From Thermoproteus tenax Kra 1 (lineage in GTDB: Archaea; Thermoproteota; Thermoprotei; Thermoproteales; Thermoproteaceae), in NCBI RefSeq assembly GCF_000253055.1, contig NC_016070.1, forward strand, positions 1,320,001-1,352,000: a DNA stretch of 32,000 nucleotides, in the 5' to 3' direction. Under the pieces are notes generated by a model that did no database searches, had not been told where the DNA came from, and worked only from the letters and a program-made list of their open reading frames with translations. This document shows, piece by piece, positions 25,711 through 32,000 of this stretch; within the stretch, counting starts at the first letter, position 1, and each line of letters begins with the position of its first letter. The translations under genes and the position numbers were made by a program.

Positions 25711-26126
25711 CTAAGTATTAACACTGAGGTAGGCGCTGTCAGGGCTATTATCGCCGATATTGAGTTGTACAATAGAGCTTGTGCGCCCGTCAGCCCTCTG
25801 GACTCAACTATTATAAGATCATAAAATTCATTATTAATTTCATTGATTATCATAGACGCAATTGTTTCATTATTTTTTAGTTTTTCTATTTTTAGTTCAT
25901 ATGGAATATCATTGGCATATTTCGATAAGAATTCTCTCACTCTATTCTCATCTTCTCCGGCTTGACTCACATAGAAGAACACTATCTTTGAGCCGTACCT
26001 GTGGTAAAAATCGCGGGCCACCTCTATGGAGTTGAGCGAGCGCTCTGTAGGAGCTATTGGGACTAGTATCCTCCTAAACTTGTAGGCCAGTTTATAGGCC
26101 GGTTCATCTATTGTATTTCTTTCCAT
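25707..26126 (-). CDS. Universal stress protein (UspA family)
   Basis: 139 aa. [10 protein letters not shown]...[12 protein letters not shown]... is the Usp fold pattern. It overlaps both neighbouring genes. Confidence 0.7.
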   Translation of the reverse strand: MERNTIDEPAYKLAYKFRRILVPIAPTERSLNSIEVARDFYHRYGSKIVFFYVSQAGEDENRVREFLSKYANDIPYELKIEKLKNNETIASMIINEINNEFYDLIIVESRGLTGAQALLYNSISAIIALTAPTSVLILR

Positions 26127-27135
26127 GCGTCACAATGCCCAACGATTTATCAGTTTTTTCTATAGAGCTCCACTTGTCCGCAAGTCTGTACATGGCCCTT
26201 ATAGCGTCTATGTTCTCAGGCACGACTACGGCCTCTTGGTGGACCCCATACATTAGATATAGCTCGTTGCCTCTCACCGTCACAGAATCTTGTAGCACGG
26301 AGACCTCCCACACATCACCTCTCGGCCTCCCTATATCGCGGGCCCATTCAATAATCTGGGCCAGGCTCGAGTACCCCTTCTTCGTCTCAAACAAGAGGAT
26401 CCTCGGAGTGGTCGCCAAAGCCTCCATCACGGCGTCTTTTGAGGGGGCCTCATCCAACTCTATGTAGGCCATGTGCATATGCATTATTGTGACTGGTACA
26501 GCTACGGCGAGCGTCACTATATCTATGCCCTCCAACACCGTCTGAACGTCTGGCCCGTGATGGCTCGGCACTGTGGCAGGGTTGGGGACGACGTCGTTTA
26601 TAGGACCCTTCTTGTGCTCCTTGGGATCGGCGCCCCTCCTCGTTATGAAGACTCTGGCCCTTCTTATCTTATATCCGTTGAGCAAGAGCGAGGACAACAC
26701 CCTCGTAATCGATGTAGTGTTGCAACTGACCACTCTGATGTATCTTTTGCCCAAAGCCTTCTCATAGTTGCCAAGAGCGTTGAAGCTGACCTCAGCTACA
26801 TCGGCCTCCTCGCCGCCTTGAAATATTGCGTTTTTCCCCAACTTGACATAGAGCTCCTTGTTCTGCGCGCCTACTCCATCGGGCGTAGCGTCTACTATTA
26901 CGTCAGCTCTCGACGCTAGATCGTTTAAGTCTCCCTCCACCTCTACGCCGATCTTCTTGAATGCGTCTGCCTTCTCCCGCGGCGCAAAGACCCTATAACC
27001 CTTTTGAGCGGCAGCGACGGCCTCGTAGTCGGGAGTCACCTTATATATTCCGACTAAAGTCATGTCATCTTGTCTAGAGACGGCGTCAGCCACACGCTTT
27101 CCTATAGTCCCGTATCCTACTATTGCGACCTTCAT
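26104..27135 (-). CDS. gap: Glyceraldehyde-3-phosphate dehydrogenase, archaeal phosphorylating type
   Basis: [19 protein letters not shown] and the active-site VSCNTT are present. 343 aa, the typical archaeal GAPDH length. Confidence 0.9.
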   Translation of the reverse strand: MKVAIVGYGTIGKRVADAVSRQDDMTLVGIYKVTPDYEAVAAAQKGYRVFAPREKADAFKKIGVEVEGDLNDLASRADVIVDATPDGVGAQNKELYVKLGKNAIFQGGEEADVAEVSFNALGNYEKALGKRYIRVVSCNTTSITRVLSSLLLNGYKIRRARVFITRRGADPKEHKKGPINDVVPNPATVPSHHGPDVQTVLEGIDIVTLAVAVPVTIMHMHMAYIELDEAPSKDAVMEALATTPRILLFETKKGYSSLAQIIEWARDIGRPRGDVWEVSVLQDSVTVRGNELYLMYGVHQEAVVVPENIDAIRAMYRLADKWSSIEKTDKSLGIVTHGKKYNR

Positions 27136-28337
27136 CGCCAGAACTTCTGAGCAGATATTATTAAGGCTCTAAGAGCCGGTAGCTCCTCCGAGAAGGCCAT
27201 CAGGAAGGCCCGCCCGCCTGTTGATACGTGGTACAGCTTATCAATTACGCCTGCCCTCTCGGCCGCCATTATAGTATGACCGCCTCCTATAATGCCCTTT
27301 CTGCTCGCGGCGGCCTTTAGTATCTGCAACGTCCCCTCCGAGAAGAGGGGATCTTCTATCTTGCCCATAGGCCCCGTGATTATCACGACCTCATAGTTTC
27401 TTATCATATCGGTGAACTCCCCGACGGCTTTATCGCCTATATCGCCCGGTAGTTCGTCTAGCTCCTTAAAGCTGCGGCTACCCGATGTGCTCCTGAAATC
27501 CGCCGGTAACAGTATGGCGTCCTTGTACCTCTCTAATAGGCCCCTCGCTCTCTCTACTTCCGATAATAAGCCTTGTCTCTCCAATCCGTTTCTGACGACA
27601 GCATTGGGCGCCTCCTTAGCCGCCGAAAAGACGACGCCCACTAGTCCGCCCACCAACACTTTATCGACGAGACCTCTATCTAGCGTCTCTTTTATAGCCC
27701 TAAGCGATTCGGGCACCTTCGCCCCTCCAACTATTAACAGCGCCTGTTTTCTATACCGCCAAATTTCAGCCAAAGCCGATAGCTCGCGCTCCATCACGTG
27801 GCCCATACATGAGGGGAGAACTAAAGGAAATCCCACAACGCTGGGCTGAGATCTGTGGGCCACCGCAAAGCCGTCGAAAACAAAAAAGCGGGCCTTCGGA
27901 GCTAGCTTCCGCACCAACCACGTGTCTGCTTGTTTCTCAGGGGGATTCTCTATTAGTTCCTCGGACAAAATCCTCACATTCTCCAACAACAGTATGTCGC
28001 CTCCCCTCAATTCCTCTATCATGCCCAACGCGGCAGGCCCAATGACGTCCTCGATGAACTCAATACTTTTTCCTATATACTTTTCAAGAAGAGGTTTGTG
28101 AACAGATAAACTCATGAAATCCTCTTGTCCCGGCCTACCTTGATGGGCCAAGACCACGACTCTGGCCCCTGAATCGGAAAGTATACGTAAGGTTCTCGCG
28201 TGAGCTCTTAACCTAAAATCATCTAATATTTTGCCATTCTTTATAGGAGAATTTATATCTATTCTAACGATAACTGTCGAATTAGGTTCAGCACATTTAT
28301 ATATATTTGGAACATAAGAAATAACTTGTTCTAACAT
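27132..28337 (-). CDS. pgk: Phosphoglycerate kinase
   Basis: 401 aa. [21 protein letters not shown] and the STGGGA-like STGGRAFL motif are present. ATGA overlap with gap. Confidence 0.9.
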   Translation of the reverse strand: MLEQVISYVPNIYKCAEPNSTVIVRIDINSPIKNGKILDDFRLRAHARTLRILSDSGARVVVLAHQGRPGQEDFMSLSVHKPLLEKYIGKSIEFIEDVIGPAALGMIEELRGGDILLLENVRILSEELIENPPEKQADTWLVRKLAPKARFFVFDGFAVAHRSQPSVVGFPLVLPSCMGHVMERELSALAEIWRYRKQALLIVGGAKVPESLRAIKETLDRGLVDKVLVGGLVGVVFSAAKEAPNAVVRNGLERQGLLSEVERARGLLERYKDAILLPADFRSTSGSRSFKELDELPGDIGDKAVGEFTDMIRNYEVVIITGPMGKIEDPLFSEGTLQILKAAASRKGIIGGGHTIMAAERAGVIDKLYHVSTGGRAFLMAFSEELPALRALIISAQKFWR

Positions 28338-28424
28338 GGTTTATCAAGATTGTTGAGTATTAAAAATTTTACCATTTCACCTAGTATATAGACTATATAT
28401 GACAACCTTAAAAGAGAGTCTGCT

Positions 28425-29015
28425 GTGTCCCACATGGCTGGATTCGAAAAATACAAGATGGCCTTATTAGAAGTAGCCAAAGCTTTGTCAGATAGCGGTA
28501 TTGACTTCGTCCTTGTGGGTTCCGCCGTCCTCCCCCTAGTTTACAATATCGACTATGAGCCCGGTGACCTAGATATTTTTATAGTTAACAAATCGACTAT
28601 ATTAGATTACGAGTTGTTTGAAGATATAGCGCGGAGACACGATTGGGATATAGGGTCGACGGATCATGGAACGATATACTACGAGATGTTGGTATCCGGG
28701 GAGATGTTGAAGGTAGACCTATTAGAGAACATATTAGATATATATATTCCTCCTGAGATACTCGAAAAAACTATTAGAGTAAAAATTGATGATTTTTATA
28801 TAAAGAGTATAAAATTAGAAGATTTATTAGTACTGAAGGCAAAGATAGCTACGAGGGACGCCGAAGAGTTTATAGCATATGTTGCGAGGCTCCTAGCAGA
28901 TCCTAAATATAATATTAATATTAATAAAAAATATATTAAAGATATAATAGATTTATTCCAAGAAAAAGAAAATATAATTGACAGATTAAATAAAAATGGT
29001 ATATATATCGATTAG
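28425..29015 (+). CDS. Minimal nucleotidyltransferase-fold protein (MNT-like)
   Basis: LVGSAVLPLVYNIDYEPGDLDIF fits the GS-Xn-DxD pol-beta NTase motif. The gene is strongly AT-rich compared with its neighbours. A leaderless GTG lies about 25 nt from a TATA. Confidence 0.55.
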   Translation: MSHMAGFEKYKMALLEVAKALSDSGIDFVLVGSAVLPLVYNIDYEPGDLDIFIVNKSTILDYELFEDIARRHDWDIGSTDHGTIYYEMLVSGEMLKVDLLENILDIYIPPEILEKTIRVKIDDFYIKSIKLEDLLVLKAKIATRDAEEFIAYVARLLADPKYNININKKYIKDIIDLFQEKENIIDRLNKNGIYID

Positions 29016-29206
29016 CCAAGCACTACTTGCTTTACTGCTTGGACAAGCTGATTGAGCATCGAGTCGGTTTGGTTTCTGAAGGACAATATGCTATCTAACG
29101 AACCCTTTATTATTCCGGTCACCGTTAAGGCGAAGGCGACAAATATCCCTATGGCTAAGAACAATAACAGCGTCTCTTCCACAAATATAGAGCCTCTTCT
29201 CTTCAT
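29012..29206 (-). CDS. Small protein with a class III (type IV pilin-like) signal peptide
   Basis: 64 aa. MKRRG/SIFVEETLLLFLAIGIFVAFAL has a basic N-terminus, Gly, then a hydrophobic helix, as in archaeal prepilin/archaellin-like precursors. Confidence 0.45.
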   Translation of the reverse strand: MKRRGSIFVEETLLLFLAIGIFVAFALTVTGIIKGSLDSILSFRNQTDSMLNQLVQAVKQVVLG

Positions 29207-29306
29207 GTCTAATTATTGAAAGATTAAATACACCTTATTAATGAGGGGTGCGCCGAGAGATCGATGAATCAATTGCTTAATTTATGCGGTTTCACTCGCG
29301 TGACCC

Positions 29307-29538
29307 GGGCACCTCCTCCATCTGCTCGCAGGCGGGGACTGGTGAGGGGCTTGCCCTTAAGTCGCTTCTCTGCCTCTACTGATACAGATGGAGGCGGGGG
29401 GGGGGGGGACATAGCCGCCGTGATAAACAACGAAAGGAGGGTGCCGGAGGTGCTCGCGGAGGGCCGCGCGCACTCCGGCCCCAGGGCCTCGCGCCCAAGG
29501 TATTGTGCCGATTAGGGCGCAAGCAAGGAGGAGGTCCC
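29307..29538 (+). ncRNA. GC-rich structured RNA-like locus D (unknown family)
   Basis: A 12-bp terminal helix (29307-29319 / 29527-29538, one bulged C) encloses four hairpins plus an inner 5-bp closing helix. One hairpin is a 15-bp stem (29443-29479). The TATA cttaatttatg (29276-29286) is centred about 26 nt upstream of 29307. A G-U pair in the AGGGG-CUUG-CCCUU hairpin favours the plus strand. Confidence 0.45.
29396..29408. repeat. G13 homopolymer tract
   Basis: Thirteen consecutive G residues were counted directly, inside locus D. Confidence 0.95.
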
Positions 29539-29589
29539 AGAGCGCGATGCCGGTAGTAATCGACTAGGGATAGATGTTTAATGTGGCCT

Positions 29590-31437
29590 CTATAGTTGTT
29601 TATACGTCGGTCTCTCCGATAATAATCTCGGCATATATAACGGCCTCTTGGGATAGCCTTTGATCTCGCTTTTAATAAGCGATATCAGCTCTTGATGCGT
29701 CATCTGACGCTGCGTGCCGCCTCTTATCCTCACCGTGAGAGTCTTAGATTCGACCTCCTTATGCCCTATGACGACAATATACGGTATCCATTCCCTTTCG
29801 GCGTCGCGTATCCTCCTTGAAAGCGTCTCGTTTCTATCGTCGATATCCGCTCTGATATCCGCCCCTTCGAGCTCGTCGGCAAGCTTAAGCGCCTCCTCCA
29901 GTTGCTCTCTATTGATCGGAATTATTCTTACTTGAACGGGCGAGATCCAAGTCGGAAGCCGCGGCACCTGTCCCCTTTTCTCCATGAGGGCTGCTGTATC
30001 AAACAACGCAAAGAGGTATCTCTCAACGCTGCCCAATATGGCCGTATGGATTATTACAGGATATCTTATCTTATTTTCATCGTCTATATATTTGATATTG
30101 AACCTCATCGCGTTGCCGACATCTATCTGGAAGGTCGCAATCTCCCTCGGCCGTCCCAACTCGTCTATTATGTGGAACTCCACGTTGAGAACCCAGTAGT
30201 ACTTCTGCTCTGGCAGTATCCTCAGCAATATTGGCTTGCCCTCGCGCTTGGCCAACTCAATTAGATAGTCCTTGTATCCCCTATAGAACTCGGCTGTTAC
30301 GTTATATAATGAGACGTAATCTCGTCCAATTTTTCTTATTTCTTCAAATATTTTATTATGTAACTTATAGGTTACCTCAATTGCTTGTTTTAAATCTTTT
30401 GTGAAAATATGAAGGTCTGGCATATAAAATCTCCTTAGTCTAAACAGGAGAACAGTTTCGCCGGGTTGTTCGTATCGGTACGAGTCCGCCACTTCCAACA
30501 TTCCGAAAGGCAGATTCCTGTAGCTCACGACCCAGTCTCTCACCATGGCAAACTGTTGGAAACATGCGGCATAGCGGAGTATCGATTCAGTGTCTGCTTC
30601 TACTATGTACAGACGTTCCCCGAATAGTTTAGCATGGGTCTCAATGGGTCTCTCGCTCAGCTTGAACATATTAGTGCCTCTTATCTTGAATATGGGTATT
30701 CCGAGAGACTTCGCGACTTGGTAGGCGTAGTCCTCCACCAGTTCCATCATTATTGTGGCATCAGGCCCATATCTCATGTGGCCCACATCGGACATAGGTT
30801 CCCACTCGAAGCCAAAACGTTTTACATACTCTATGTATTTTGGCTCGCCGCCTGGCAACTCCCTTTTGAATACCTCCTTATCTACCAGAGCTTTTAGATC
30901 GGGGTATTTATCCAACGGATAGTCGGCTGGATTGTACTCTTCACCCTCAGGCGACAGAATAAGATAGATATCAGGAGCTGCGCGCTCGGCTTGAGCTTGC
31001 GGCCTTCCGCTGAAAAGCTCCGGCTTGTACGAGTAAGATCTGCTGAGCTCAGAAAGAGGATGCCCTATACATTTTATTTCAAATGATTTATAATATCCAA
31101 ATGGAGCTTTTAACACTTTAAATTGATTAAATCCATTTAATATATCGAATAACTTATTCAATATTTCTCTTGAGGTATAGGGCTTTGCTAAATTGGGCGA
31201 TAGATGGGCGTATGGATATATTACTATTGTTTGAGCGTCCACCTTCTTAGCAACCTCAACAATATCTCTTGAGATAGCCGCAAGATACGCCTCGTCGGGC
31301 TTATCGCCCTCCTCAACAGTAATAAACGCAACGAGGGCATTATCGGCATTGCCTGAGACAGGGTCATCCCTGATATCTAACGCCGGCTCCTTTGGCTCCC
31401 ACCTAAAATATTGGGCATGTATCAGGAGCACGCGCAT
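29590..31437 (-). CDS. thrS: Threonyl-tRNA synthetase, full-length archaeal form with N-terminal editing domain
   Basis: Class II core motifs and a C-terminal anticodon-binding domain are present. The ORF-track start at 31566 runs through the GC-rich upstream block. Met44 (31437, MRVLLIHAQYFRWEPKEP) is the typical archaeal ThrRS start and lies about 28 nt from the TATA at 31460-31470. Confidence 0.9.
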   Translation of the reverse strand: MRVLLIHAQYFRWEPKEPALDIRDDPVSGNADNALVAFITVEEGDKPDEAYLAAISRDIVEVAKKVDAQTIVIYPYAHLSPNLAKPYTSREILNKLFDILNGFNQFKVLKAPFGYYKSFEIKCIGHPLSELSRSYSYKPELFSGRPQAQAERAAPDIYLILSPEGEEYNPADYPLDKYPDLKALVDKEVFKRELPGGEPKYIEYVKRFGFEWEPMSDVGHMRYGPDATIMMELVEDYAYQVAKSLGIPIFKIRGTNMFKLSERPIETHAKLFGERLYIVEADTESILRYAACFQQFAMVRDWVVSYRNLPFGMLEVADSYRYEQPGETVLLFRLRRFYMPDLHIFTKDLKQAIEVTYKLHNKIFEEIRKIGRDYVSLYNVTAEFYRGYKDYLIELAKREGKPILLRILPEQKYYWVLNVEFHIIDELGRPREIATFQIDVGNAMRFNIKYIDDENKIRYPVIIHTAILGSVERYLFALFDTAALMEKRGQVPRLPTWISPVQVRIIPINREQLEEALKLADELEGADIRADIDDRNETLSRRIRDAEREWIPYIVVIGHKEVESKTLTVRIRGGTQRQMTHQELISLIKSEIKGYPKRPLYMPRLLSERPTYKQL

Positions 31438-31490
31438 TAGGTGATTCCTCGCTCCCTCGTATATAATTTTGGCCCCTTGTGGCGCCCGGC

Positions 31491-31821
31491 CTCCGTGTGG
31501 GCGGCCCCAGGTGTACTCGGAGCGGGGCCCAAGCACGCCGAGGATGCCAAGAGAGGTGGTGAACATCCAGCCGCCGTAGATTTCGTATGAACCTCTATCC
31601 GCTCCACTGTGGGAGTCTCACCGGTTGCCCTCTCCGGGGCTGATGGGAGAGACCACGACTGGATGCCGCGGCGAAGCGGACATCGCGGCGGGGCACCCCA
31701 GCTGACCCCATCCCATTGTGTGAGAAATAAACTATCATCGACTCTTTCTTCATCGCTATGCCATAGAAGATGTGGCTTGCTTAAAATCCATCCCCGATTT
31801 GAAGGGCGAGGCTTTCGGTTG
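31491..31821 (+). ncRNA. GC-rich structured RNA-like locus B (paralog of locus A)
   Basis: The TATA tatataatttt (31460-31470) is centred about 26 nt upstream. 31740-31821 aligns with the reverse complement of 7171-7254 at about 78% identity. 31665-31697 aligns with the reverse complement of 7278-7310. The terminal hairpin 31795-31821 is maintained by G-U pairs only on this strand. Confidence 0.45.
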
Positions 31822-31953
31822 CAAGTTCACATCCAACGATCACTCGCCTAATGATAATATGGGCTGATGCCCTAATTCTCCTCAATACGACAAGTATACA
31901 ATCCTATCTTAAGTAGAAAGCTTTTATACTGGAGCGATTTGCCCTCTCAGCAA

Positions 31954-32000
31954 TGCAAGAAGCACGAGCAAAGTTGGGAAGCATCCCAGTCGTCGGAAAA
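31954..32000 (+). CDS. 5' end of an unidentified gene running off the right edge
   Basis: The ATG at 31954 (MQEARAKLGSIPVVGK...) lies about 26 nt downstream of the TATA gcttttatact. It is too short to identify. Confidence 0.35.

Noticed and set aside
31621-31653. SRP helix-8-like hairpin on the minus strand of locus B (CAGCCCC-GGAG-AGGGCAACCGG)
   Set aside because: It resembles archaeal CAGGCCC-GGAA-GGGAGCAACGG. However it lacks the invariant AGCA, the GGAG loop would be closed by a C-A mismatch, and there is no Alu domain or long helix 5. The G-U evidence also favours the other strand.

Overview
The window looks like a chromosomal core region of a hyperthermophilic crenarchaeon, probably Thermoproteales (Pyrobaculum/Thermoproteus-like). 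The evidence is eL38, a TIP49/RuvB-like ATPase, a short XPF, archaeal ether-lipid genes (G1P dehydrogenase, UbiA/DGGGP synthase), archaeal-type adenylate kinase, GAPDH and PGK, archease, and leaderless genes with AT-rich TATA boxes about 25 nt upstream of the start codons. About 40 protein genes are densely packed on both strands. They cover central carbon metabolism (prpB-prpD, citrate synthase, malic enzyme, pgk-gap, HPS), translation (uL22, eL38, P1, uS19, uS17, PheRS beta, ThrRS), membrane proteins (S2P protease) and several small hypotheticals. I found no rRNA, tRNA, CRISPR array, integrase or transposase. The most interesting content is non-coding. Three GC-rich (roughly two-thirds G+C) intergenic blocks of 230-340 nt (7171-7460, 29307-29538, 31491-31821) are highly self-complementary and sit behind TATA boxes. 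They contain only implausible ORFs and do not match the SRP, RNase P, 5S or tRNA signature motifs I could check by eye. Two of them share a homologous ~85-nt 3' module whose hairpin is preserved through G-U substitutions. A 56-nt core of that module occurs a third time (4584-4639, 55/56 identical), so this looks like a paralogous structured-RNA family of unknown function. Other items are a good C/D box sRNA candidate overlapping a stop codon (13261-13315), a G13 homopolymer, a frameshifted siroheme-decarboxylase-like gene, a membrane-anchored wHTH regulator, and compositional islands (a GC-rich PduO gene and an AT-rich nucleotidyltransferase/pilin-like islet). All calls come from reading the sequence and translations by eye. 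No database or folding software was run.
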